A stretch of 64,000 nt of DNA from Octopus sinensis (taxonomy: Eukaryota), in assembly GCF_006345805.1 (NCBI RefSeq), contig NW_021836134.1, forward strand, positions 310,001 to 374,000, written 5' to 3'. This document shows positions 46,801 to 59,754 of the stretch, in pieces. The position numbers were made by a program, and so were the translations under genes. The notes below the pieces were generated by a model that was not told the DNA's origin, searched no databases, and was given only the letters and a program-made list of their open reading frames with translations. Position 1 is the stretch's first letter; every line of letters begins with the position of its first letter.

Positions 46801-48372
46801 CTTTGTGAAATATTAGCTAAAACGAACTTGTACAAAACAGAAGTACAAAATTCTAAACTTATTTTTTTCAGAGATCAGCTACAACTAATTCTTTTTTCGC
46901 GAAGTCGATCAAAAATGCCGTCCCGAATCCTCTATAAGAGAGAAAGAACCACGTCAATCTTGGAGGAGATTCTAGAGGCCAAATTGAATATGTTTTGTCA
47001 CATCCTCCGGATAGATATGAATGCCCGCACAAACTCAGCGCCATGTAGGATCACTTTTCTTTGGACGCAATACATTTCAGAGGCTGATCAAAGACAACAG
47101 TGTCGTCTGTCCTTCACGAGGACTTCAAAAATTGAGAAGCGCCTTAAGGATAAGAGTTACGCAATCTGGCTCAGAATATAACAAAACATAGAAAGGTGAC
47201 TTCACATGCCTATTGTGCTTCACGTGCTTTGTCATTATAGTTTGTTGTTGTTTTTTGCTGACATCGCGTAGTGCTATTAAGAATATGCATTCAGCTCAAA
47301 AGGAATTGAAAAAACTTATTTAGTGAGCATGATTTACATAAATAATTTCAATATGTTTCAATTATAATTTTTTGAGAAATTTATTAATGACCAAAGGACC
47401 AGGGTAAACCTGTTAATTATAATTCCCATGATCCTCGATGCACTTCGCAAGAGACGGAGATCCTTCGGAAAGGTTCGATCGACCTGTGAAAAAGATTTCC
47501 CTTGGGATCAGATTTCTACAAGTTCTTTTTCGGTAGGGATTAGGTGCCCTCTGAGCGTTTTCATATCCAATTGAAGTTCCAACTAACATGGTAAACCACA
47601 TTACGCCACGCTGAGATCCGGCAGGTAGGAGATTCCCATTCACAGGACTCGTCGCCTCACGTTAATTCTACATAAACTGTCGTTTATTTCCTCTTCATAC
47701 ATTTAACAATGGTATGATAGATAAGCATTATATACTTTAAAATCAATAATTTCAATCTGACTGTGATAAACGGGTGTACCAATTTTATCAGAATTATGAA
47801 GTTTCTTAATTTTTAAATGATTTCTATTAAGTTACTTGAACAAGCTGGCTTTTTTTACAACTCTCGGTCGCTGTGCTCAACGGAAATACGCACCCCGGGG
47901 TTGTTAAGCTGACTCTTAGGCTCTCGATTATTCTCTTAGCTACTTACCTAGCTAGCATCTAATTTTGTTTTTGATTTTATGATTTATCCCAAAAAGAAAT
48001 TATTTGAAATAATCTAATAGTCAATCATTTATACAATTTTAATACAATTGATAATTAATTTTCCGACCATTATTCTAAGAGTTATTAATAATTCAATTGG
48101 CAATTTGTTAATCTACATTTTGTTAATGATAAAATAGATTAAATAAAAACCAATTTTTTCAATAAAAAACTATATTTGCTGACTCATAGACGTATTTTTC
48201 AAATGAACTAAATATCTGTAGAAATTTTTTTTCTTAAATAAAAATACATTAAATAGAAAAATGATAATGGTCAAATTCTTTTCATCATTAATTAATCATT
48301 TGTGGGTAATATTAAAAAAATTAAATGTTAAATTATCGTTAGAAAAATCGAGATAATCAAATTAGAATTAGA

Positions 48373-49938
48373 TTAAGTTGATATTTTTTGGAGAATGATC
48401 TGATAAATATCAATTCCTCGCAAAAATGTATCAACATTTAGATACTCATCATGGTCATGAGGAAGCACAGGGGTGTTATTCATCGGGGAAAAGTTGAGAA
48501 CTGGAATTCCAGCCTATGTATTGTTAGATTTAATAATGTACTCCACGAAGATATCTTGCATCAGTTCCTGCCGGAAAAATCATGACCTGTGTTTCCAGTT
48601 CACTAAAGTTTTTTATCAAAAATTTAAAATTAAAATATAATTTAACTCAATTATTGATTAAAACTCACAGTTCATCAATAGCAGAAAAAAACGATTTACA
48701 AAACGGGGAATCAAGGGACGAAGGTTGAATTTGTTCACTATTCTGTCAAATATTACAAAAATTCAAATAAAACATAAATTTTATTGATAAAAATCCCATT
48801 TTTTTCAGCTTCAGGAAAAACCTGATCACAAATTTCAGTAAAACTTGTGGTTGAAGGTAAGCGTAAATCAAATGCTTTTAAATAGCTTAAATAAGAAAAA
48901 AACTGGCAGAAAGAGTGGCCGGGATAACGTTTGTCTGTACGCCGCCTTCAAGAACGGTTAAATTGACAGTTGTTACATCTCCCAGTTTCATCCCGGGATT
49001 TCTAAAATTAACAGTTTCATAACAACTCTTCAAGTTTTCGTCTTTCATTATTGCGGAAAGATTGTACTGCAGCGAGACAGTTTGCCTATAATTTAAAACG
49101 TAAAATTTATTACCATCTTCTCTCCTGCAGTGTTCTCCAAAAAAAGTGACCCATGGCCTGGGTTTCCATGACACGTCAATTTGAATGCTATAAATCATTC
49201 AAGTCAAAAAAATCAAACGCATTACAGTCCTTTCGCCATAAAAAACTGAAAACGTTGCATTTGGGGATGCAATTCCTACAACTCTTAGTGACATAATAAA
49301 CACCTTCATCAAGGGCAAAACCAATGTTGAGAGATTTAAAATACTCACTCTTCACAAACGTCGCCATTCCGGTCAGTCCACCGATTTCCTCATCTGATAA
49401 CAATAAAATAAATATTATAAACCTGGTACTACGCTGACGTATATAGTTCGGCGCGGAACATAACCTTCTTTGATGAGTTTTCTGATCGCTTCTAAATATC
49501 TGACGTCAGTAAATTAAAAAATACTGAATTGTGACACATTTCATATCCTAACCACAATTATAATATATTTAAACCTGACTTCCACGTGCATAGATGTTCC
49601 CATTATTGTCCATTTCTGCACCAAATGGATCAAATGTCCACTTCTCCTTAAAATATTTGAATTTACACATAAATACTCTGTACACTGGAACAACGTCCAT
49701 GTGAGAATTCAGTAAAATTGATTCCGCTTCAGGGTCGTTCCCTTGCCACTTTATTACAAGAATCAGCTTTGTTGGATAAAATTCCAAAACGGTAGGCTGA
49801 AGCCCTATTCCAAGGGCTAAATCAGAGAGAAATTTAACCGCAGGACCTAAAAATGCTTTTATTTAATAGAATGTCACCATAATCAGGATCTGGTTGGACT
49901 GTTGGAAATCGCAGATATTCACGGAATGCGTCGACCAT
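48373..49938 (-). CDS. ACY1: Aminoacylase-1, copy C (apparently in frame), ~13 introns
   Basis: Same exon structure as A, but reads [14 protein letters not shown] and [13 protein letters not shown] in frame. Confidence 0.92.
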
Positions 49939-50330
49939 TTGATTAATAATTTATAACAAATTATGAACTTATATTATGATTAAAACAATTTAATATAAGT
50001 TAATTTATTTGTCAAAAAGTTAAAATAACAAACAAAACTCAAACAGATTTTAAGCTAATAAAGTAAAAAAGGTTTTAAGCTGACTCATCATTATAATCAA
50101 TTGGAATTTTTGGGATTAGTTTATTAATTTTGTTTTTCATTAAAGTCCTTTGCTTTGTCATTTAACTCTAGTCTCACTATCTTGTAGGAGCTTGGTGTTA
50201 ATTAAGGTTCATGTAGCTTTTAACACAAAATAAAGCGTTCGGCTCCCACATGGAAACTATCTTTATGCAAAAGCAATTGAACAAGCTAGTAAAAGAACAA
50301 GAGACTAAATAAAATGAAATTTATTGTAAT

Positions 50331-51116
50331 CAGGCGTCAAGTCTGTTGTCCCGATTATCAAAAGCAACTTTAAGTGCTCATCCGACAAGTTTGCTCGATA
50401 TTTGGATTTTACATATTTCATTCATGAAAATGTTTGTTCACAAAGGTATGTTGTACCAGAAGTAGATATAAATCCGCATGCGTATCGTTTCAAAATTGGA
50501 AACTGATTAGAATTTAAAATTTATAAAATTGAATAATATTCTGTTTTTCATATTTATCTTTCAGAATATTATCTGATTGGAGTTCAATTATTTCAAGTTG
50601 AAGATAACTTGAATAGTTTCGGCTTCGCATTAAAAAAACCTTATTTCATCGCTTCTCTTGTCAAGATCAGAAAATCGTTCAAGAAATTGTTTCTTCAAAT
50701 CCTTAATTATTTTGGTACCAAATTCGACAGGAAATTCACAAACGTTTTCTTTACAGAAATTTTCGCAAAATGCAAAATGGACATAGTTTTTATTTTTGAG
50801 TTGTTTTCCAAAAAGCACTAGTTTTTACCTAAATGCCTTGACATCTGTGAATAAATCACAAATAAGAGCATATTCACCTTCAAAACTAAAATATAATAAA
50901 TTAACCTTGGAAATTGAGATTTAATTCATTCATATGGCCTGTAATGTCCACGAAAAAAGCCAATCTACAAAGCCATTCTGTGTCTGACAAAAGTGGTTCT
51001 TTTCGGTTTTTCTTTATGAGAAACAAATCTATTTCCTTTCTTATTGCCAAAAAAAGATATTTACAACAGCCGGGCCGGATTAAATCACATGGCGGGCCGG
51101 GGTTTGGAGACCCCTG
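50331..51116 (-). mobile_element. Charlie-like hAT, left end deleted
   Basis: Right TIR ...GTTTGGAGACCCCTG plus ttctagat retained; left TIR and adjacent host DNA missing relative to 9618. Confidence 0.85.
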
Positions 51117-52839
51117 TTCTAGATGAATTCTCGACTGCTTATAACCAGGCTCGTAATATTCTCAAATCTCCCAACAAAAGAAAATTATGTGCTACCTGTG
51201 CTGATTTGGAAAAAATTCTGTTGAAATCTCGTTGGGAAATAGAGGAAAAAAAGATCAGCATTAATACCTGACTTTATCTCCATGAGGGCCACCCAGAGAA
51301 AATCATAAAAAATACTCCAAGAATCAATTGGAGGATCTCCATCTTAAATCGAAAACGACGACTAAAAAAACGTTTAAAAATTTACTGGAACTGGTGGCGC
51401 TCTTTATGGAGGACAGCCACCAAAACTTGACGAGATGAGCGTTTTTACGCTTATCAACCCCCGGTCAATTCGGAAACGGGCTACAGAGCTAAGCTACTTG
51501 GTTAGATCGGTAAACATATTGGTTGTTAATAAACAAAGCTTAAGGGAAAGCAGCATCACAAAATCCATGGTTTTCAGTCGATTGATATCCCATGGCGACC
51601 TGACATTATAAAGACAATCTAATGGTGAGGGACTTGAAAATCGTTGAAGAAATTTTTGCGAACTAATTGCATTGAAACTACTAACATTCCTTGGATGGAT
51701 ATCTGTAGGAGCTATGTACTCCAAAGCAATAAAGAATTAACCAAATCTTATTGAAGAATTTTTCCAAAACAATGATGGAGGAATTCTAATAGCAGACCTT
51801 AACGCAAAACACACATCGTACTGGTGTGCTAATACAAATTCGGACGGTCATATACTCCTCAGATTATCGAAGAACTGCGGCTTTAGTGTTTTGACCTTAC
51901 AAGAACCAAACCATTTCTCTTGTTATGGGGAGGATTGTATTGAAGTTTTTCTTGTATCGGCTGATCTTGTTCATCAATGCAGCATACCAAGAATTTAGAT
52001 AAACATTGGTAGTGATCACCTACCTCAATCTTTATGTATGCAAACATCATCTACGATATGCGAAGATCTTTTCATCGGATATGATACGTCTCGGACAATC
52101 TGGTCTGACTTCGAGATATCAATGAAAATGCATTTGATACCGTATCCAATAGAAAACATCTCCTCAAATAAAAAATTGAAAAACTCGATAAAATTCTCAG
52201 AGAAGCTAAACTGGATTTTCTCCAAAAATCTTCGGTCAGAAAATACATCATGTCAAATAGTAACAGAAAAACCCGGATTGACGAATCTTTGGGAAAACTT
52301 ATAAAATGGAAGGGAAACCTTGAAAAGAAGCTAAGACGATGCAGTGACACCATATATTGCATTCGTCTTCGGGATAAGATTCGTACCGTGAAAACAGAGA
52401 TAAATGATGTCGCAAAAATCATTCAGACCTTGCTATGAAGAGACAATGCTAAAAACTGAATAAGAAAAACCCTCATTTTTGGAAGGTTTTCAACAGACTA
52501 AATAATATGGAAAACAAAGGAGAAGAGATCCGACTAAAAACAACTGAAGGAATAACTATCCCGCTAGGATCCTAAAAACTAGGATCCTAGAAAATGAGAA
52601 ATTTCTGAAGTTTGTATGAATTTTGTCAGTAATGTGTCATTTATACTTGTTAGCAACTTGATAATTCCAATTTAGCTAAATTGTTAACTAGACTTTTGAA
52701 ACTTAGTTGTAACCTATCGAAATACATATATAGCTTTTATCAAATAGATAATATAAAAATAAACATTTAGAATGCATTCGCTTTTATTGAAGATTGAAAT
52801 TAAGCCTCTTCCAAAACCATTTCTGTTAAAATAGTATCG

Positions 52840-53320
52840 TTATTTATTTTCAGGATTCAGATCTATTCGTAAATTGATTAGAATACGGCGAATTGCCAGA
52901 TCAGTAGCTGCGAGCAATTGGTCACATTACTTCGTTTTTCTTGACGTTGATATCTCTATCCTCCAAGAATCCCTGGTAAAGTTGCCCAACGCAGTCATAC
53001 AGACATTTTGTATCTTTCACATAGTGCAAGTTGGTCTGAGATTTTTCCGAGTCCCCCTTGAAGCAAAAAACATCGAAATATTCATCGAAATCTTCCATCA
53101 TTTTTAGAACAATATTCTCATTCTCACCAATTATTTTCACGTTTTCAATAAACAACAAATAGTTTGTCAAATATAAGACCGCAACCAGATCACTTTGGTT
53201 AGACACACCTTCCGGAATTTCATATTTAAAATCATACTTAACGGACCCATATAGTGAATCTTCTTGCCGGATTTCTCTTCCTAGTTTTACAGTTTCAATC
53301 CTTTTATTGTTGAGTTTCAA
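52840..53320 (-). other. Unidentified open/near-open reading region; its 3' part is also at 12140-12380
   Basis: 132-aa ORF with a non-ATG track start, natural-looking composition, no recognised motif. Confidence 0.25.
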
Positions 53321-54008
53321 AATAATATTTTATTTGTTGATTAAGGTTTTCACAAAATTTGCGTTCGGAATTCCGGACTGAAAAAGCACGTGATATATAA
53401 ATTCTTATCGAAAAAGTCAAATGTCTTTCTGACATCAATCCAAGTTCCAGGTTATTTTTATACTCTCTATTGACACATTAGATAATTGTCAAAAACGATA
53501 AACACGCCACAACACCACAACAATTTTAAATTATATGAAGATAATGTATCTACTATTAATAATTCCTGTAGCATGTTGAGATAACTCTATTCTTGGTTAT
53601 AAAAATCGAAATAACCTTTATTAAATTGAGCTTTACTATTAATTTTATTCATATTTTCTTTAAATGCCCTTGAAGAATTCAAAATAAATATTCGCAAAAT
53701 TGCATATTTCGGTAGACGGAATACTTAGAATGCAGTAAATGTCAGTTATTGTTTTATTATTTAGAGAATCAATCTCCTAAAACATACAAACAAATATTTT
53801 TATAAAATTTAAAAAAACTGAAAAAGCTCAGTTCTAATTTCTCAAAAGTTCTCCGGTTTAAATATAACTTGTCAGATTATTTGGTATGTAAATCAGGGTT
53901 ATACTCGTTTTAACAATTCTGAGAATGAAATCCACAACTATTACTTCCGCCATTAAATCTAAATAAAATAAAGTCATAAACAATAAAAATGTTTAAGAAT
54001 AAGACCAT

Positions 54009-54524
54009 TTATTTATAAAACCAATTAAATTTTTTAATAATGTCATAACAAAATATCGCGACAAAAAAATCATAGTCAACGTAGTGCCTATGAAAAGTTT
54101 TTCTTCGATCCAATTCCTTAAATGAGTTCAGGATCCTCGATTTTATAACCAAATTAGGTCGATTCGAAGATTTCAGAAATATAGATTTCTTCCCATTTTC
54201 CACTGCAAGGAAAGTAATAAGGAGAAGAAATAATGCCACTGTATTCTTCTGCTGCAGAGAAGATGCAAGTACTGTAGACTTTGGCAGGGCATTGAGACTT
54301 AATTGTTGAATTAAGTAGTCGTTTTTTAATGATAATTCACGATTAGATTCTTCCAGTCTTGCATTTTCTTCTTTTAGCGTTTGAATACGGAATTTGACGG
54401 TGTCAATATATTGTTCAAGAGTCAATTTAGCATTCATTCTATTTCTAATTTTTCGAATTTTCGAATTTTTAAGTGACAAATTTCGTTTACTTCTTAGGTT
54501 CAACATGGTAACGCACAGTAACAC
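54009..54524 (-). CDS. Small bZIP protein with transmembrane segment (CREB3/ATF6-like architecture)
   Basis: RKIRNRMNA...YIDTVKFRIQTLKEENARLEESNRELSLKNDYL (basic region + zipper), hydrophobic TVALFLLLITFLAV, then SRIL (S1P-site-like). True start uncertain (MLNL.. or spliced MSTSKRN..). Confidence 0.65.
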   Translation of the reverse strand: MLLCVTMLNLRSKRNLSLKNSKIRKIRNRMNAKLTLEQYIDTVKFRIQTLKEENARLEESNRELSLKNDYLIQQLSLNALPKSTVLASSLQQKNTVALFLLLITFLAVENGKKSIFLKSSNRPNLVIKSRILNSFKELDRRKTFHRHYVDYDFFVAIFCYDIIKKFNWFYK

Positions 54525-54799
54525 ATCATATTGTACGTAGACATTTTATTATATTAGGTTGACCGTTGATTAATATAAAAATAATATAATTATAGTATAA
54601 TTAAATTATAGTAAAATTACTAAATTTAATTCTGAACTGTTATTATTTCTACACTATAGAATATTGAAATAGAATATTTTAAATCTTTTTTCTGAAATTT
54701 AAATTCTATTAGTTAAAAATAATGTTAACTAAATTGTCATAAATTAAATAATACTAATTCATATAAAATTACAAATTTAAAATTCCTGTTGGTGTGTGG

Positions 54800-57440
54800 A
54801 TGGATAAGTTTGATCATCCAAATGTTAAATAATCACAAATTATATTTAATTTATAGTATACAGATAGACTGAATTTGATGAAAGATTTTTTGGCTAACAT
54901 TGACAGCTCGACAAACGCATATGTAGCTACATTAGAGTCATTTTCCTCTCAACTAAAGAGCATTGAAGATTCATTCTCGTGCATATTTGACAAATCTCCC
55001 TTTCTCACTGAACTGTCATGGTATATCTTTCTCTCACTACATCTCAGCTACGTGGAGGCCCTTAAACAGACCGATTCAATAATCCTTCACTATCAGGTCA
55101 TCAAAAATATAAACAAGATCGGAGTCGACAAAATAAGGCATATTTAATAACAAAATGTCATCCAGCAACGATCTCTCTGAAATGATCAGTGTTTTGGATG
55201 CTGTGAATAAGGCGAAGGACTTTTTCCATTCCAATCGTCCGGAATCCATCGAGACTAAAACCGCTGTATTTTATTTCTCACCAAAAAAGGCAATTTTATT
55301 CGATTCGCTTGTTTCTAAGCTGGAAAATGACATTATCTGTTTTATTAAGGATAATTTCACTCCCGATCAGTCCATTTTTATGTCCAGAACTGCTGATTCT
55401 GTCACAAACACTCCCCAGTCATTTTCCCGCTCTCGGAACTACCACGGAATTGGTCCACCAAACGACGCGGGAATCAATTTTAAGGGTATTTCCCGACTTG
55501 GATTTTCAGTGCGAAATAATTTGGCTGGATATTATTCACGGTCAGCCGACAAAATAAATAAATTGGCAAATTCTTATAACTGGATTAAAGTCAATTTGAA
55601 GAGTAAATTGGACTATTTTATGGATTTATTTGTGACGGCGAGATTTGAGTGTTTACGGACGACTAGTCGACCAGAAACAACCCACCAGACTCCTGCTTCA
55701 GTTGTACTTTTTATTTATTCCAATAGTGTAGTCCCAGTTATCGTAATTTCTCACATTTGAAGTATTTGTTGTGACTTTATGTGATAGGAATATTTCAAAA
55801 TTTTCCCCTTTGAACGCCTCCCAGGCTGCCATTCGTAAAAACGTGGGGGACTTGGATGGTTTTAGTGTCGATTTGCTGGTTCAGTCTTTGTATAATTTGA
55901 CCATTCTGGCCGAGACTGAGCTCGATCTTATTAAAGCCACTTTTTCCCAGTTTGGCAAGTCGCTTGTGAATCAAATATTCAAAATGATAATTATTCCTCG
56001 ACTTGAACCACTCGAAAGTGACTCCAAGGTGGAGAACTAAACATAAAATATAGAATTGGACAATTTGATAATAACATTGGCACATGTGAGGGGATTTCAA
56101 CCGCCTTATCCTCCCTTTTGGGTGGTCTGAGGAATATAAACGAAATTGAGTCAGGCTTCAAGACTTGTGTTCAAAAGAATCAGAATCTTAAAGCATTGGA
56201 GGCATTTTCGTCCAAAATAACTTTCCTATACATCGATCTGCAGAACATGGCAGGAAAAATCATGGAACGACAACTGGAGTTGATAAGGGTTTATTCTGTC
56301 ATATAAATTGCCAGATTGACCCAATAAACAACTCCTCAATGCCCCCAGACGGGAATGTGCATGAGTTGGCTGCCAAGGTATTGGTATAATAAGTCCATTC
56401 AGACAATTGCCGTTTCTAAAAATAATATTTGAGAATAACAGAGCGTGGGGGAGTGTCTGAAAATATATTACCTCAGGCGGAGTGAAGTCTCCTTTTCAGA
56501 GAAATGTGTTTTCCTGACTCATTTGATAGGTTCGGACGTGTCCTTGTCTGCTGCTACTCTTAATGTTGTCGATTTATTGGTAGGTGGGTTGGTTGAATGG
56601 CAGTGAGGGATTTCTCCCACCTTTGGAGGCCAATCTCCTGCAGAAAGCGACCCTTTATGGCGATTCGGGGATAAGAAATGTGTTTCTAATGAACAATTTT
56701 CATATATTCTGAGGAATCTGTCCTTTCTGGTATTTTCCCCGACGAGTGATAGGCATGTCTTGTTTGGCGATTTTGTAGGATAAGATCACAATTCGACTAC
56801 TGGAGGACTCCGAGAGTAGAATAAGCAAGAAGATTGCCAGTTTGAGGGGAAATATTACAAATGTACATTGTTTATTATACATGAAAGATGAGAACATTTG
56901 TTTCAAGCCATTTGAGATTGATGTATACAAATCTGGATCAGAAGTTGTTCTTTTAAATTGTATTATTTTATAGTTGGGGACGGAACGGAAGGGCCATTCA
57001 TAAGATTGCCAAGTTTGAGGGGGAATATTTACAAATGTACATTGTTTATTATACATGAAAGATGGGAACATTTGTTCAAGCCATTTGAGATTGATGTATA
57101 CAAACCTGGATCAGAAGTTGTCTTTTAAATTATATTATTTATAGTGAGGGAGCGGGAACGGAAGGCCATTAAAGACATGTTTAATGTGACTGAGTGCATG
57201 TTATTGTGGTAGGTGTTAATAAGGATTTGGAGGATATTGCCAGATCTCATGGAAATATGTATTTGGCCGACGTCAACAGCGGAAGGATATTGTGCCAAGT
57301 GTTTGTGTACTCGTTGTAAAGAAGTATCAGCAGGAAGTTATGAGTTATGCCAGATTCTCCTTTCTTCGACGCCGACTAAGTATTTTAAGTACGATCAACA
57401 GTCCCTGACTTGTCTTATACGTAAAGTTTATGGAATTTGA
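54800..57440 (+). CDS. EXOC7: Exocyst subunit Exo70, many tiny introns; local duplication/indel noise at ~56830-57170
   Basis: LESFSSQLKSIEDS, AVNKAKDFFHSNRPESIE, LFDSLVSKLEND, PDGNVHELAAK, ERKAIKDMFN and C-terminal PTKYFKYDQQSL match Exo70 landmarks in order. Confidence 0.8.
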
Positions 57441-57468
57441 TTATTTATTAATAAAACTTTTTAATGTA

Positions 57469-58330
57469 CAGTGGTCGTCAAAAAAATTGCTCACCAATGT
57501 TTATGTCTTATATAGCATTATTCTGATTTATTTTTTGTAACATCTTTAAGTAGTATTTTATTATTATACCTTAATTTTTATAATAAAATTTTTCTTTTTT
57601 ATTTATAAACTTAAACAAAAACAAAAAAATTGCAAGACAAAAAACATTAGCACAAATTTGGAAAATCTCATTATCAGTAATTAATATGTCCTCCCCTTGC
57701 TAAATATAAAGAATAACTCCTTTTTCTCATTGAATTTACTAAGTTTTGTAAAAACTTTTAGGAATTGACTGCCAACCAAATTTCATAATAGTTGTCTTAA
57801 GATCCGGTGATTTGATGCGATGGCCAATCAAGAATAATATATTTTTTGGTTTCGAAATATGCCTTAACCAACGAGATGTATGGCATGAGCATTATCCTGT
57901 TGAAAAATAACACGAGGATAAGCCCATTTTTTCAGCTGATTGGTCCAGATTATTAGACAGTAAATTTATAAATATCCAGAGTTCATAGTTTCTTCGATAA
58001 ACCAAATTGCATTACACCACTATACGATATATCCGCCCCCAAATCATAACTCTCCCTACTCCGAATTAACAGTCGGCAACAAATGTGCATTTTTTAACTC
58101 CGTTTTATTTTTTGTAAACAAGCTATGTTTTCTGTTGTTAAAACATCGAACATTGACTCATCTGAGAATATCACCGATTTCCATGTACTATCAGATATCG
58201 ATAAAAAAATCGTAGTGACGCAGACCATCTCGAAATAATATTTTTTGAGAAGCAATGGGTTTCTTTTGCTACACGACAATATACCCATTTTTATTCAAAA
58301 GTTCTCAGGAATTGTCCTAGGGAAACATCA
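57469..58330 (-). mobile_element. Degenerate Tc1-like transposon
   Basis: TA|CAGTGGTCGTCAAAAA end at 57469; minus-strand remnants WKSVIFSDES, QQDNAHA and a decayed WP...E motif. Other end not found. Confidence 0.7.
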
Positions 58331-59754
58331 ATATATGAAAGTTTCTTTAGTTTGGGAACAAATCCACTGCCAACAATGTAGGATGTGAATCGGTTTCATT
58401 ACATAAAAAATTGTATTTGGGGGACTTAGTTTCGGAAGACGTCTGAGCCGGTCTCCGATGCAGTGTTCCAAATTCTCGAAATTTTCGAATATTTAATGAA
58501 ATGTTGGAATACGGCAAATTAAGTATTTTTGAGATCTCTGATATTGATTTTTACCCTCTTTAAAGTACGCAATAATCATCCTTTTTTAAATTCAGTTAAC
58601 TGTTTCTTGGGAGAACGTTGGGATATTATAACAAGAAAGTGAGCAAGTTTTTTTTGTCACGTGATTTAAATTTTTATGCTTTAAATTCCTTATATTAATA
58701 AAATCGCATAATAAATTAATAAACTTAAGAATAGAATAAAAAATGAGCGTGATTGACGTACTGGCAAAATCTGCTGATTGAGAGGTTTTACTGCACATTG
58801 ATCTAATTTTGACTAATTATATGCTGGATAAATATCTTATCAGAAGTTAAACATAAACTTCAAATTGGTTTAAAATCAATAGATGGAGGATAGAGTTTGA
58901 GTATATCGGAATTCGTATGGCATAAATTTTCGATTACGAAGAAAACCAGTTTCTGGGCCCTTGAATATTACTGGTTTCATTCAGAAAGTTCTGATTCAAT
59001 CTATTGGGGCATAATTGTTATGAGTTCTTGTTGATGGATTCAATAAAAATATTCGAAATGACAACTAATCACCTTGGAGTATACCACGTTCAATATTAAC
59101 AGTTTCAAGCCTTTTTTCCAACCTTACGACACTCGCCAGTTCGGAAATCATAAATTTGAGATTTCAAATTTCAAAAATACAATCTGCTGGCAAACAAACT
59201 GTCGATCCTCTATGAAGCAAAAGTAAAGATTATTCCAATTATTTTGACACGGGAGTTGTCTCAAATTTTTGTGAAAGTCATACGAATAAGTTATCCATTG
59301 AAGAAAGAACGAGGACATACATCCAGTAAATTGTGATGAAGAAATGTAAAATGAAAAAAGTTCGTGCCAAACTGACAATCTCGTAGAAGAGAAATTACTG
59401 CCAATCTGGATTCTTATTAGATACTTTAAAATAGAACTGTCATTTTATATTCATCAAAGTTTACTTGATCATTCTAAAAGCAGAAAGAGTAGTAATTCAA
59501 ATAATAAAATAAAACGTACCAAGTCAATCCTTATTTTGTTAAATAATCCCTAGTCTGTAGCTAATCAACAAATTTAAAATCAAAAAAAAATTTTCAAAAC
59601 CTTTCCTATTCAAAATTCGTAGAATACCCAGAAAGTTCTGAATATAAATATTTCAACTATTTTTCATATAAACAAAACTTTTCCTCTACAAACTAAGCCG
59701 TTTTACAATTTGTGATTAAATTATCTCATAAAGTCAAAAATAGTGTAAAATTAT

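Larger units (their letters stand above)
43310..53076. repeat. Segmental duplication copy C
   Basis: Colinear with A 1401-12380; lacks the CRE insertion, has a ~450-bp deletion removing the hAT left end, and has ~230 bp extra at ~52610-52835. Confidence 0.95.

Noticed and set aside
58500-59600. Possible further gene between the Tc1 relic and RPRD1
   Set aside because: Short open stretches only; no consistent splice model or motif.
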